64,000 nucleotides of DNA from an uncultured virus (IMG/VR IMGVR_UViG_3300037493_005562). Lineage: Duplodnaviria > Heunggongvirae > Uroviricota > Caudoviricetes. Below are positions 9,235 to 19,200 of the stretch, one piece after another (within the stretch, counting starts at the first letter, position 1; every line of letters starts with the position of its first letter). The DNA lies in the IMG/VR virus record IMGVR_UViG_3300037493_005562, one strand, 5' to 3'. The notes below the pieces were generated by a model. That model worked only from the letters and a program-made list of their open reading frames with translations, was not told the origin of the DNA and did not search any database. Position numbers and translations under genes: made by a program.

Positions 9235-10134
9235 GTGCCCGGACGTATGCGCGTGATCATGACCGTCCACGGCGGTTCGCAGGGGCTCCTCGATTGTCTT
9301 GAGGGGCTCGTTCAGCGCAACGAGCGTTCCGTGCGCGAGGGCGCGATTCCGCTCCTGCGACCGGGTGAGGTCAAGGCGAGCCCTTTCCCCGTCTGGCGCG
9401 ACGGCGTGACCGCTGTTGCCGACAAGATCGGGTCCACGGGCACGCTCGCAGCATGGAAGGCGGGGCAGGAGCGTGCGCTTGGGAAGCCAGCGCGCGTGGC
9501 TCTCGTCGGGGGGATCCCCAACGTCGTGTACGTGGATCCCCGGAACGAGGACGTTGTGTCTGTGTGCGGGATGGGGGGCGTAGCCGTTGCTGGATCTGGG
9601 TTGACGACGGCTCCCTCGCGAATCCCGGACGAGGGTCGGTCGACGGAACACCTTCTCTTGACCCTGGACGACGATCACGCGTTGCCCGTGAACGAGATCA
9701 ACACTGCGATTGGGAGACACAACGCGGGTCGGATCCGAAAGATGGGACTTCCTAAACTCTACGAGAGCGGCGTGAAGTACAAAGTCGAGGGGAGTCCTGA
9801 ACTTTGGTGGGATTACGAGACGCTGTTGGCAGCCAGGGCTCCCGGCTTCCCTCACGGTTTTAGTGACTGCGAGGACCTCGCATCGGCCAGGGTCGGCGGT
9901 CTCATTGTGGAGGGTTTTGACACCGCCGAAGTGTTTTGTAGGCTTATTACCTCACCGTCCAAAGCAATGGGCGGAAGTGGTGTGGGTCGACTCTTTCACG
10001 CAGTGGTGCGCGTAAAGGATCCACAGACAGGCAAGTGGGTCTATGATGATGCCGCGGCCCGCTGCGGCATGGTCGTACCCCCATTCTATAAGGAGTACGC
10101 CAAGAAACGTCGGGCGAAAGGTCTGGACCTCTAA
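9235..10134 (+). CDS. Transglutaminase-like (papain-fold) cysteine protease candidate
   Basis: SDCEDLA ... FHAVVR ... YDDAA arrangement matches a Cys-His-Asp triad. Confidence 0.6.
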   Translation: MPGRMRVIMTVHGGSQGLLDCLEGLVQRNERSVREGAIPLLRPGEVKASPFPVWRDGVTAVADKIGSTGTLAAWKAGQERALGKPARVALVGGIPNVVYVDPRNEDVVSVCGMGGVAVAGSGLTTAPSRIPDEGRSTEHLLLTLDDDHALPVNEINTAIGRHNAGRIRKMGLPKLYESGVKYKVEGSPELWWDYETLLAARAPGFPHGFSDCEDLASARVGGLIVEGFDTAEVFCRLITSPSKAMGGSGVGRLFHAVVRVKDPQTGKWVYDDAAARCGMVVPPFYKEYAKKRRAKGLDL

Positions 10135-10188
10135 AAAACATAGCGCTCCCCCACGCAGTGGTGCTACCTGTGTAGCGTGAGGGCGAAA

Positions 10189-13092
10189 ATGTCTCCAAGA
10201 AAGATCGACGACGCGTTAAAGACTGAGGTTGTTGAACGTTTCGTTGCAGGAGAGACGCGCAAAGCCCTGGCTCTGACTTATGGCGTCGATGAAGGAACCG
10301 TTTATCAATGGTTGAAAAAGTGCGGAATCGACGCAAATCGAGAGCGGCGAGCGTGGACGAACGCGGAGGAGGAGCTGATCATCCAGCTTCGTGCTGATAG
10401 CGTTCCATTCCGAGAGATAGCCGTTCGGGTAGGGAGAACCAAGGGAGCGGTGACGAAGCAAGTCGAGGCGCTCGTGGCAGTTGGACGAGCGCTACCCCTG
10501 ACACCTTCGGAGCGCTCGTTCCGTGGAGGGCAGGCGAACGCTCTCTTCAGGACTGATTTGTGGCGGCCCGAGGAGGATGCTGAGATTATCCGCCTTTGGA
10601 CGTCTGGGGTCAGGGCTACGGAGATCGCGAAGCAGCTCGGACGCCCAATGGGGTCGACCGAGGGGCGCATACACCAACTTCGAACGACGGGTCGTGTTAG
10701 GCATCTGACTCCCGAAGAACGGCGAGAGCGCGAGCGGCAAGTGAAGTCCGAACGGACGGAAGCAGCTCTGGTCAAGGCGCGACAGCGTGTCGAGGGGCTT
10801 CCAAACACGGCCGACCTGGGATACCTTGTCGGGGTTCTTTACGGTGACGGTTTTATACATCAGCGAGATAAGAGTTTCGGCGTACGTACGACTAATTCTA
10901 GTTTCGCTTCCGCAGTTGGGGATGCGATGGACCGCGCCCTCTCCGCGGCCTCCTTTAGAACCAAACGCTTACAGGACAAGAAGGTTGGTGGGAGGGAGTA
11001 CAAAAACGTCATGTACTACGAGGCGATGCTCTACGAGTCCCATTTGGGTGCCGCGCTCATGGAAATGACGGGAGACACGCGAACCTACCAGTGGAAAATC
11101 GATGTCGAAAAGAGTCTCGCGCGGGGCGTTGATTACTGCCGCGGGGTGATTCAGGGTCTCTACGATTCGGACGGATCCATTACGCTCGTCGGAAACCGCG
11201 GACTCGTAGTTCGTCTCGGTACGGCCAGCGCTGAAGGGGCCGAGTCTCTCCATCGGCTCATGCGCGAGATGGGCTTTGATGTACATCTCGCGCCGCCGAA
11301 CCGCAAGAAGGAACACAAGGTGTCCCTACGGGCGGCATCGTCTGTGAAGTACGCAGAGGAGATTTCTTCCCGAATCGACTACAAGAAGGCAACGATGGAG
11401 GAATTTCTTCGTCGATGGGACACGATTCCGGCGTGGTCTCGCGTGCGCCCCGACGCGGACACAGAGGCGCAGATGCCTCCGCGCTCAAACCGTATAGGTG
11501 CAGACGCGGAAACACCGAGCGCCGTCACGGATACACTCCAAGTGCCTGTAACGGCACCCCGGGTTCCAACGGCCCAAGTGCTCGTGGAAGCACCTCGGAT
11601 TCCAATGACACGTATTCGGCACGTGCCTCAGCGGATCAAAAAGATTCTGCCGAAACGTCGGCCGATTGTCGTGTGGACCGAGGAAGAAGACGCACAGATC
11701 GTCAAGTTGCGCTCCGATGGAATCGTCAGCAGCGAGATCGCCGTTCGGCTCAACAGGCCCGATCATCGTGTTAAAGCGCGTATACGTACGCTCCTCATGG
11801 AGGGGCGTACGCACCGACTGGCCGCTAACGCCACAGTGTCTTCCGAGAAGGTCGTCGAAATTCGTCAACGGTACGCGTCCGGCGTGACGCAGACGGTTCT
11901 CGCCGAAGAGCTGGGCGTGGACAGGAGCACGATATCGGCAATCGTGCAGGGGAAGAATTGGGGACACGTGCCTGGGGCGACTCACACACCTCGTGCGACG
12001 ATCTCCCAGAACACGAAGAACGAGATTCGGCGTCTCGCGCAGGCAGGGTGGACGGGCAAAAAGATCAGTGCGGCAGTGTCTTTGAAAGAGTCAACCGTGC
12101 ACAACGTTTTGGCGGGGTTCAAGCAGCGTGAAGCTGGAGGAAGGGTTCGCGCCCCTGTCACCGCCGAGCAGCGCGTCGATATTCTTCAACGACTGGCGGC
12201 CGGAGAGCGTTCGGAGAACGTCGGTAAAGCGTTGGGGTTAACCCGGAGAGTGGTCGCGAAGATTCGGCAACACTACAGCGGCCTTCCTGTGGATCCTGTT
12301 TCTAGGAAGGTCGACAACCAGTCCCTGCGCGACGAGGTGACCCGCGGATACAGAGAAGGGAAGACTCGGGACGCGTTGGCGCTTGAGTTCGACGTCCATC
12401 GTGTCACCGTTGCGAATTGGCTTCAGGAGAGCGGAGATCGCCAGAAGAAGGTCAAGCCCGAGAGCGTTAGTTTGACGCAGGAACAACGCGCTGAAATCAT
12501 TCGTCAACACACGGCTGGAGCCTCTCAGCAGGCCATTGCGAAAGAGTTTGGAATCCTCTCTTCGCGCGTGTCGAAGATCGTTGTCAAGGCGGCCGGGAAA
12601 GAACCGCAGAAGCGACGTGCGCCTGTGAAGCTGACCCCTGAACAAGTGGCCGAGATCCAGCGCAGGTACGCCGCAGGGGACGGTCAGCGGAACATCGCGA
12701 AAGACTTTGAGATCGATCAGACCCGAGTCTCCGACATCGTTCGAGGACAGGATCGAACGACACGTGGTGGTCCCAAGATGAACCGACCCGACCGTCTGAC
12801 GCCTGAGCAACGAGTCGAAGTCGAGCAGCGGCTACGGAGCCAAGAGTCACAGACGGATATCGCTCGGGACTTCGATGTTTCACAAGCTGTGATATCGATG
12901 ATCAAGCTCAAGGCGGGAATCGAGACACGCGCACAGCGTGGGCCCCGAACGACACTTCCCCCACTCACCGACGAGCAACGCGCCGAGATCCTGCGTCGAC
13001 TTGCCGCAGGCGAACGACAGGTAGTTATCGCTGAGGCTTTGGGTACGACACAGGGCCGTGTATCCTCGGTCAAACGCGAGGCAGGACTATGA
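10189..13092 (+). CDS. LAGLIDADG endonuclease-domain protein with many HTH repeats
   Basis: YLVGVLYGDG and VIQGLYDSDG motifs; about 12 short HTH/Myb-like modules (e.g. GESQ.DIA.DF.VSQ..IS). Confidence 0.8.
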   Translation: MSPRKIDDALKTEVVERFVAGETRKALALTYGVDEGTVYQWLKKCGIDANRERRAWTNAEEELIIQLRADSVPFREIAVRVGRTKGAVTKQVEALVAVGRALPLTPSERSFRGGQANALFRTDLWRPEEDAEIIRLWTSGVRATEIAKQLGRPMGSTEGRIHQLRTTGRVRHLTPEERRERERQVKSERTEAALVKARQRVEGLPNTADLGYLVGVLYGDGFIHQRDKSFGVRTTNSSFASAVGDAMDRALSAASFRTKRLQDKKVGGREYKNVMYYEAMLYESHLGAALMEMTGDTRTYQWKIDVEKSLARGVDYCRGVIQGLYDSDGSITLVGNRGLVVRLGTASAEGAESLHRLMREMGFDVHLAPPNRKKEHKVSLRAASSVKYAEEISSRIDYKKATMEEFLRRWDTIPAWSRVRPDADTEAQMPPRSNRIGADAETPSAVTDTLQVPVTAPRVPTAQVLVEAPRIPMTRIRHVPQRIKKILPKRRPIVVWTEEEDAQIVKLRSDGIVSSEIAVRLNRPDHRVKARIRTLLMEGRTHRLAANATVSSEKVVEIRQRYASGVTQTVLAEELGVDRSTISAIVQGKNWGHVPGATHTPRATISQNTKNEIRRLAQAGWTGKKISAAVSLKESTVHNVLAGFKQREAGGRVRAPVTAEQRVDILQRLAAGERSENVGKALGLTRRVVAKIRQHYSGLPVDPVSRKVDNQSLRDEVTRGYREGKTRDALALEFDVHRVTVANWLQESGDRQKKVKPESVSLTQEQRAEIIRQHTAGASQQAIAKEFGILSSRVSKIVVKAAGKEPQKRRAPVKLTPEQVAEIQRRYAAGDGQRNIAKDFEIDQTRVSDIVRGQDRTTRGGPKMNRPDRLTPEQRVEVEQRLRSQESQTDIARDFDVSQAVISMIKLKAGIETRAQRGPRTTLPPLTDEQRAEILRRLAAGERQVVIAEALGTTQGRVSSVKREAGL

Positions 13093-13331
13093 TCGAGATT
13101 CGTGTCGCCGGAGCCCCCTTCCCCCGCTCCAGGCTCCACCGCTTCGAGCCTGACTGGCCTCCAAGGTTCGTGGTCCAGAACACGGACGTGGGCTGGAACG
13201 TCTGCGAGCTGTGTGAGAAGGATCACCGTCTGTGGATGACCGACGATTCGATCTGGAAGCGGTTGCCGAAGAAGCTGAGGGAGCTTCGGATCTGCACGAA
13301 GTGTTTTCGGGAACATGCCCCAGAGAGCTAA
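13089..13331 (+). CDS. Small putative zinc-binding protein
   Basis: ATGA overlap with upstream gene; CELC and CTKC pairs. Confidence 0.6.
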   Translation: MIEIRVAGAPFPRSRLHRFEPDWPPRFVVQNTDVGWNVCELCEKDHRLWMTDDSIWKRLPKKLRELRICTKCFREHAPES

Positions 13332-13806
13332 CTAATCGAGGTCGTCCACGTGCCCGATCACGATCGGCCCGAACGACTCGAATCCTTGTGACGCATCCTG
13401 TCTCGCGGCGTAGCTTTTCTCCCAGCGCTGACACGCCTCGGGATCTTTGGCGTGCCACGAATCCCACAAGGCGTTTGCATGTGCTCCGGCGGCTTTGGCC
13501 GCAGCGGCAGACGCCTTACCGCTGTCTCTTGCTGCAACGAGGCGGTCATAGGTTTCAAACGCCGCTTCAACGGATACCGCGTATCGCGCGTTCGCTTCGT
13601 CGGAAAGGCCCCCAACGCCCCCGCTGCGCGCGTCCCGACGATCTTCGCGACGCTGAAGCTTCTCTGCTTTGACGCCAAGCAGCGCTTCTTTGCGCAAGCC
13701 GATACCGGGCTTTTCAGCCTTCCAGGCGACCCGGGCTTCGCGCTTGTCGATACGCTGGTCCTTATTGCCAAAGAGGGCACCGACGTTGAACCGGGGCATG
13801 GACATG
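13332..13806 (-). CDS. Hypothetical basic helical protein
   Basis: GGAG RBS before ATG 13806; FNVGA and IVIGH motifs like the plus-strand virion candidates. Confidence 0.65.
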
Positions 13807-14091
13807 AAAAACTCCAACGGGGCGGGTGCTTGAGAAGTTCGGTCCAGAATATCACGTTCCCCCCCCCTGTTTTTGCCCGTCGGAGATCCCAAGGCGTTCT
13901 GGTCCCGCACTACTTGGTCAACTTCTCCCCCCGGGCTCCCTAGTGCCCTACTCCGCTCCGGTTGACAACACAGTCAACCTCCACGCCGTCTAAAATCCCC
14001 GTCCTCCCTCTACCGTCAACATCATCCCCGGGATAGACTTCCCGGGACACGAGATACAGAACACCGCCTGATATCTCTAGGATGTGCCGCG

Positions 14092-14385
14092 ATGCCTGTT
14101 GTCACAGCCGTAATTTTCACACCCATCAAGTTCTCGGTAGGACCGGGCGTAGTGGAGACGGAGGTGCTGGTGCCTCCGAGCGCGTCGAGCATCACCGTGC
14201 GTCCTATTGCGCACAACGCCAAGCTCTCGTTGACGGCAGGTGTAGGGGGTAAGATGGGCACGGACTTCTTGGAAATCTCCGTAGGCTCTCTGACGGTGAT
14301 TCCTGTCGGGACGCCTTCGGTTTTCCTTGCGTCGACGGCTGGACCTACCGACGTGGAAGTCATGTTCACCGCGGCCCGGAGGTAG
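14092..14385 (+). CDS. Small all-beta protein (paralog A)
   Basis: VPPSA.....RP....KL pattern shared with the next gene. Confidence 0.7.
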   Translation: MPVVTAVIFTPIKFSVGPGVVETEVLVPPSASSITVRPIAHNAKLSLTAGVGGKMGTDFLEISVGSLTVIPVGTPSVFLASTAGPTDVEVMFTAARR

Positions 14386-14388
14386 AAC

Positions 14389-14673
14389 GTGCCCCAGACT
14401 CCTGCCATCTTCGTAGTGAAGCGTATCGTACTAAATGCGGTGCCCGGTCTTTGTACCCAGATCGATGTGCCTCCGAGCGCCACCACCCTTTTGATCCGCC
14501 CCGAAGGTACGGACGCGAAGCTCGACTTTTCGAGTGTCGAGGGCGCGCTGCTCGGCGCGGATCACCTCACCATCACCGCAGACACGATTACGTACATACC
14601 GCTCGGCAAAGCCAGTGTGTTCGTAGCGGCGGCGGGCATCTCGGTGCCCGTGCAATACCTCTTCGTAAACTGA
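14389..14673 (+). CDS. Small all-beta protein (paralog B)
   Basis: GGAGG RBS; aligns end-to-end by eye with the 14092 gene. Confidence 0.7.
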   Translation: MPQTPAIFVVKRIVLNAVPGLCTQIDVPPSATTLLIRPEGTDAKLDFSSVEGALLGADHLTITADTITYIPLGKASVFVAAAGISVPVQYLFVN

Positions 14674-14693
14674 TTCGCGTAGGACACCACACC

Positions 14694-14975
14694 ATGAAGT
14701 ACGACGTCGCCACTCTCATCCCCTGGGCCCTTGTCGCTGCTGGAACGATCAGCGGTGTGTACGTGCTCTCGGCGTACACGATCGACGTGAAGGTCAAGCC
14801 GAAGCAGTCCGAGGCGGATCAGCAAATCGAGCAGGCCCGTCGTCAGGTCGCGCGTACGCAAGGGCAGCTAGAAGCGCGCTTGGACGCGCTTCGTGCTCGT
14901 GCCTCGAAGACCCTCGGTGAAGTTCAGGAAGAGATCGTACCTGACGACTTCGTCATCCCTCGTCGTCGGCCGTAG
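14694..14975 (+). CDS. Single-TM coiled-coil protein
   Basis: AGGA RBS; N-terminal hydrophobic helix then heptad pattern. Confidence 0.7.
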   Translation: MKYDVATLIPWALVAAGTISGVYVLSAYTIDVKVKPKQSEADQQIEQARRQVARTQGQLEARLDALRARASKTLGEVQEEIVPDDFVIPRRRP

Positions 14976-14984
14976 GGAGCCCAC

Positions 14985-15893
14985 GTGAAGAAGTGCAATG
15001 CCTGTACTCGTAAGAAGAAGGGGCTGTTTTCCCGTCTGTTCAGCCGCAAACTGTCCGCGGCGGAGACCGTTGGCGCGTCTCTCGGGGCAGGAGTCCTCGC
15101 TGTTGCCACGGTTGGACTCGTGTCGCGCGCCCTGGGGGGAGGAACTGCGCGTGTGGGTGAGATCACTGCCGAGTCTCCGACACCCGGAAAAGCCGTCGCG
15201 AAGTCAGGTCTTCTGCGCTCGCTGATCGGGCTTCGCACGAACTACCAGCGGTTGCACTGGAACGCACAGGGGTACGCGGATCACTTGTTGTTCGAGCGTC
15301 TTTACAAGAGCTTGGATGACGACATCGATAAGCTCGCAGAGCTGGCCCTCGCGCGGGGTGGTACCCTCGATGTCGCGGATGTCACGAGCAGCGTGAACGG
15401 TTCTCCGCTCGCAGCCGAAGACGCGATCATTGCAGCAGCAAACGGCCTTGTCGGTAAGTCTCCGGCCTTCGATAACTACCTGTTTAACCTCGTGCAGAAC
15501 CGCGAGCACGCGGTCTACTTGCTCCGTCAGAGCGCGGGGACGTCAGCAGGTGTTGGCATCATCGGTCGGCCGCGAGACCCTGGCTACCCGTTTCAGAAGC
15601 AGGACATCCGTGCGTCCGCGTACTCGCGGAAGCGCCGTCAGGAGGCGCAGGCGGCATTGATGGCCGAGCGTCCTCCGAAGAGTCCGTTCCGTCGGCGAAT
15701 GGAGAAGCGCGGATTCCACAACGGCCCCACGTACGGTGGCGTGCGCCGTCGCAAGGTCTTCATGGAAGCGAAGACCGATGACGAGATCCTCCAGTTGCGC
15801 CACAAGCTCAAGGAGGCGCGGGCCCAGGTCCGCGCCGAAAAGCGTGCTCAGTTGGCCCGCCTTCGGAAGCCAAAAGTTCTCATCGTGAAGTAG
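14985..15893 (+). CDS. Membrane-anchored Dps/ferritin-like domain protein
   Basis: LHWNAQGYADHLLFERLY...IDKLAE resembles the Dps ferroxidase signature. Confidence 0.65.
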   Translation: MKKCNACTRKKKGLFSRLFSRKLSAAETVGASLGAGVLAVATVGLVSRALGGGTARVGEITAESPTPGKAVAKSGLLRSLIGLRTNYQRLHWNAQGYADHLLFERLYKSLDDDIDKLAELALARGGTLDVADVTSSVNGSPLAAEDAIIAAANGLVGKSPAFDNYLFNLVQNREHAVYLLRQSAGTSAGVGIIGRPRDPGYPFQKQDIRASAYSRKRRQEAQAALMAERPPKSPFRRRMEKRGFHNGPTYGGVRRRKVFMEAKTDDEILQLRHKLKEARAQVRAEKRAQLARLRKPKVLIVK

Positions 15894-15928
15894 CCCGTAC
15901 GACCCCTGCCTTTTTAGGAGACACCACC

Positions 15929-16156
15929 ATGTACTGCTCACTCTGCAAGCGCAATCTCTCGCCTCTCGAAGCGCTCGGCATGTCTCTCCTCGCGGGCGTC
16001 GCGGCCGTTGCGGCGGTCAGCGTCGTGGCGAAGGCCGTCGCGCCTCCTGCCCAGGTAGCCGTGCGCGGTGTTCGGTCGGGTGACCTCGCGTACGTCCCGG
16101 TCTCCCGCGAGGAGCGAGGACTCGACGCCGCTCAAGAGTACGGCTGGGGCTACTGA
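15929..16156 (+). CDS. Small CxxC plus TM protein (N-terminal module shared with 14985)
   Basis: AGGAGA RBS; CSLC...LS..E..G.SL.AGV.AVA.V. Confidence 0.7.
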   Translation: MYCSLCKRNLSPLEALGMSLLAGVAAVAAVSVVAKAVAPPAQVAVRGVRSGDLAYVPVSREERGLDAAQEYGWGY

Positions 16157-16159
16157 GTC

Positions 16160-16381
16160 GTGGCTAAGCGCGCCAACCACACGGACGACTACCTACTGCA
16201 CATGGCGGTAGGTGCGTTCATGGGTGGTGCGATGGCGCATTCGCTGTTCGGGGTTTCTAGGACCGAGGGTGTGGTCGGCGGGCTCGTGAAAGGTGTTCTT
16301 GTCGGAGCCCTCCTTGGTGGCGGTGCGACGGTAGCTGAAGAAGAAGTTCGCCGCCGCTGGTGGCAGAAGGAGAAGACGTGA
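16160..16381 (+). CDS. Small glycine-zipper membrane protein
   Basis: Two GxxxG helices; similar to the N-terminus of the 18562 gene. Confidence 0.65.
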   Translation: MAKRANHTDDYLLHMAVGAFMGGAMAHSLFGVSRTEGVVGGLVKGVLVGALLGGGATVAEEEVRRRWWQKEKT

Positions 16382-17229
16382 GCACTTTCAAGCAGCTTGC
16401 GGACGAGTCCCATCGTCTCAAGGCAGTCATTATTCGGGCGGTTCCAAGTCCTTCGGGGCGGAGCTACGCCGTCGATCGTTTTTCCCGCGGAGGAAAGACT
16501 ACGAAGTTCCGCGTGAGTGCCAAAAACCTCACGGCTAAGCTCACGACTGTCGTTGCGGGAGCCCTTAAAAAGGCTCCAGCCGTATTTCTGGGCGTTCAGG
16601 ACAGTCCGAGCAATCTCGCACTGAGCTTCGTTTTGTACGTGAACGGCCCCAAGGGGGTGACGAGCAAGACAGCAAAGCTCTCCGCCGCGGAAATCATCAG
16701 GGGTGGGGCGCGGCTAGGTAAGAAGCCCGCCGCGAAGAAGAAGTCTCCGGCCAAGAAAACGGTGCGAAAGACGGTGCAGAAGCTCGTGTACATGGACGTT
16801 CCTGCGGGACCTCCCTGTGGGAGTTGTGGCAAACCTAAGAACGCGCACCTCATGAAGCACCGCTGGGTTTCGGCCACGAAGAAGGTCAAGCCTCGCAAGC
16901 CCCAGAAGTCTGTGCATCCAACGAAACCGGAGATGTCGAGGGCTCACGACATCAAGAGACTTCTGGACATGCACGCAACGGGGCGCCCCTTTGTCGCGCA
17001 ACTGTTGTTCACAGGTACGACTTCGAAGGGAAATCAGTCGCAGAAGGTGTGGGAGCTTCTGGGCCGCGCCAACGGGTACGCGACGATTCGGTGGGGCAAG
17101 GTCGGTAGCAAGCAAAGTGAGCAGGACCTTCCGATCGCTACAGCAATCAAGCGCGCGGAAGCGAAGCTCAAGAAGGGCTACGTTCTTACGCGAGCCAGTG
17201 TTGCTCGAAAATTCAGCAGGAATAGCTGA
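16378..17229 (+). CDS. Basic protein with C-terminal WGR domain
   Basis: SQKVWEL...IRWGKVGS...KLKKGY; GTGA overlap start. Confidence 0.7.
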   Translation: MSTFKQLADESHRLKAVIIRAVPSPSGRSYAVDRFSRGGKTTKFRVSAKNLTAKLTTVVAGALKKAPAVFLGVQDSPSNLALSFVLYVNGPKGVTSKTAKLSAAEIIRGGARLGKKPAAKKKSPAKKTVRKTVQKLVYMDVPAGPPCGSCGKPKNAHLMKHRWVSATKKVKPRKPQKSVHPTKPEMSRAHDIKRLLDMHATGRPFVAQLLFTGTTSKGNQSQKVWELLGRANGYATIRWGKVGSKQSEQDLPIATAIKRAEAKLKKGYVLTRASVARKFSRNS

Positions 17230-17573
17230 TGTTCTACTTCCGCCCACGTCGCCGCAGGTTTCGCCGTCGTCGGTTCGGATTCGGGTACCCGATCTACCGC
17301 CCGTACGTCGTCCCGTACCCGGTCTACAGTGGGTACCCGGGACCGTTCGCACGGGGGAGTTCCGCGTGGCCGGGGGGTCCGTACATCGGCGAGGTCGAGG
17401 AGCCTTCGCTTGATCGCGAGTCCGAACAGGACGTCGGTTCCATTCCCTGGGGTCGGTGGCGAGGGAGGCGTCCGTCTTCGTGTCGGGGCGCGTTCACGGG
17501 TATCGGAGGCTTCTCCTCCTTCGTGTTCTCGTCCCAGGATACAGGGTTCCGTAACGACAGCGGGGGGTTCTGA
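17229..17573 (+). CDS. R/Y/P/G-rich small protein
   Basis: Translationally coupled on both sides. Confidence 0.55.
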   Translation: MFYFRPRRRRFRRRRFGFGYPIYRPYVVPYPVYSGYPGPFARGSSAWPGGPYIGEVEEPSLDRESEQDVGSIPWGRWRGRRPSSCRGAFTGIGGFSSFVFSSQDTGFRNDSGGF

Positions 17574-17899
17574 TGTCGCGGCTTGTACTCGGAAATCTAA
17601 ACGACGAGGGTGCGGGTTCGCTCCTTGTCGCAATCGCGCGCCCTCTCGTGAAGCGATTCTCGAAGCGGAAGACGCGTGACGCCGTGGAGGAAGCGGAGAT
17701 CCCGGACATCAAGGACATCGCGCCCGGTGTGTTCTCCCATCCGATCCCCGTCGTTCTTGACGCTAAGGACACGGATGACTCGGACTACGATCCCGTCGAA
17801 GATGAATCGAACGTCATGGGTCTCGGACTCACGTTTCATGGGTACGACCAGCTCGGCGCCATCCTGATCGACAGTGACGGCAAGCGAGTCGAAATCTGA
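17573..17899 (+). CDS. Hypothetical protein
   Basis: Starts MSRLVLGN; coupled to neighbours. Confidence 0.7.
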   Translation: MSRLVLGNLNDEGAGSLLVAIARPLVKRFSKRKTRDAVEEAEIPDIKDIAPGVFSHPIPVVLDAKDTDDSDYDPVEDESNVMGLGLTFHGYDQLGAILIDSDGKRVEI

Positions 17900-18489
17900 T
17901 GGCCGGTGGCCGCCAATTCAAAGCTCTGCTTCAGGAAGCGGAGACCGAAGGGGCGGCGCAGCTCGTGACGTCGTCGTCGCTCCGAAGCCCGATGCTGGTG
18001 TTCGTCGCAGGCCGCACCGCGGGGCGTGTGGGGTCGAAGGTGGTCTGGGTTGCAGGGCCGGAGTACGACCTTGGCGCGGCCGACATCGTCGAGGTCTACG
18101 TGAAGAACGGTGACACCTTCGTGAAGGTGCAGCCGCACGACACCGCGCTCGGCCCTCCGCAGATCGTACCCTCTTCGTGGGTGAAGCCGCACAAGCAGGC
18201 GCGCCACCTCGTCCGCAGCAAGACGATTCCAACCTCTGAACTTTCGGTGACCATTTCGGATCTCCTGCGCGGTGTTGTTTTCGGGCAGCCGGGGCTCCGC
18301 TCGCGCCCGGTTCTACTCACGATCGTTCAATCCCCAGAACGCCTGGACGCAGGTTTTTACACGGATGACCGAGGTACAGTTACTCTCAAACAGGTTACGG
18401 TCGTGGGAACGAGCGAGGTGGATGACGCCTTGCTCTCCATGTTACATAGCGACGAGGCTCTCGCCGCGATCTACCAGAAGAATGGGTAG
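17899..18489 (+). CDS. Hypothetical protein
   Basis: Coupled start; codon bias. Confidence 0.65.
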   Translation: MAGGRQFKALLQEAETEGAAQLVTSSSLRSPMLVFVAGRTAGRVGSKVVWVAGPEYDLGAADIVEVYVKNGDTFVKVQPHDTALGPPQIVPSSWVKPHKQARHLVRSKTIPTSELSVTISDLLRGVVFGQPGLRSRPVLLTIVQSPERLDAGFYTDDRGTVTLKQVTVVGTSEVDDALLSMLHSDEALAAIYQKNG

Positions 18490-18561
18490 CCCCACGCTGA
18501 CCCTACACGCTGACCCTACGACCGACGATTCACAGGCCCGATTCACAGGAGCAAGATCAAC

Positions 18562-19113
18562 ATGACTACGCAGGCAAACAGCAACGAAGGTGTCTTCCAG
18601 CACATGGTTCTCGGCGCGACGATGGGCACGGCCCTCGGTGTGGCGCTGAGCTACATGGTAGGCAAGACCGGCCCCGGCCCAAAGCTCGGCGCAATGGCTG
18701 GCGCACTGCTCGGGGGAGGGGTCGCTTACGGCACGTTCCGCGGTCCCGCTTCGGCTCAGGGCACGCCTTCGCCGGAGGAGCTGGCGCTCCGCCGTGCGCG
18801 TGAAGTGTACGAGGACGCGGCCCACCGCGCGTCATTGGCCGTCGAGCGCGCGAGCGCGACCGAAGAGGCACTCCTGCGCCGGGGCGCCCGTCGCGCGACT
18901 CCGGCTCCGCAGATGGCGCAGGCCCCGCAGGCTCGCGGCTTCGCCGAAGAGGACACGGAGCACGCGGACGGTCACTTCGGCCACCCGGAGCCGATGGAAT
19001 ACTCGCCGCCCCCTCGCGCGCTTCCGAACTACCGGAACGGTTTCGTTGAGAGTGATGATCGGGATCGTACGCTCGTGTACGACGCCCGTGCGAACGTGTA
19101 CGCGAGCCGGTAG
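18562..19113 (+). CDS. Glycine-zipper membrane protein with coiled-coil tail
   Basis: AGGAG RBS; two GxxxG helices. Confidence 0.75.
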   Translation: MTTQANSNEGVFQHMVLGATMGTALGVALSYMVGKTGPGPKLGAMAGALLGGGVAYGTFRGPASAQGTPSPEELALRRAREVYEDAAHRASLAVERASATEEALLRRGARRATPAPQMAQAPQARGFAEEDTEHADGHFGHPEPMEYSPPPRALPNYRNGFVESDDRDRTLVYDARANVYASR

Positions 19114-19200
19114 GCCACGCCTACCCGCCCTGGGCCCTGGCCCCTCTGACTTCTCGGGTGAGGTCCTTCGGGATCTCACCGACACCACAGGATCTCCCCC

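Noticed and set aside
10189..13092. Intein or group I intron-encoded endonuclease
   Set aside because: No intein N- or C-terminal splice motifs or interrupted host gene recognised; the flanking genes look complete.
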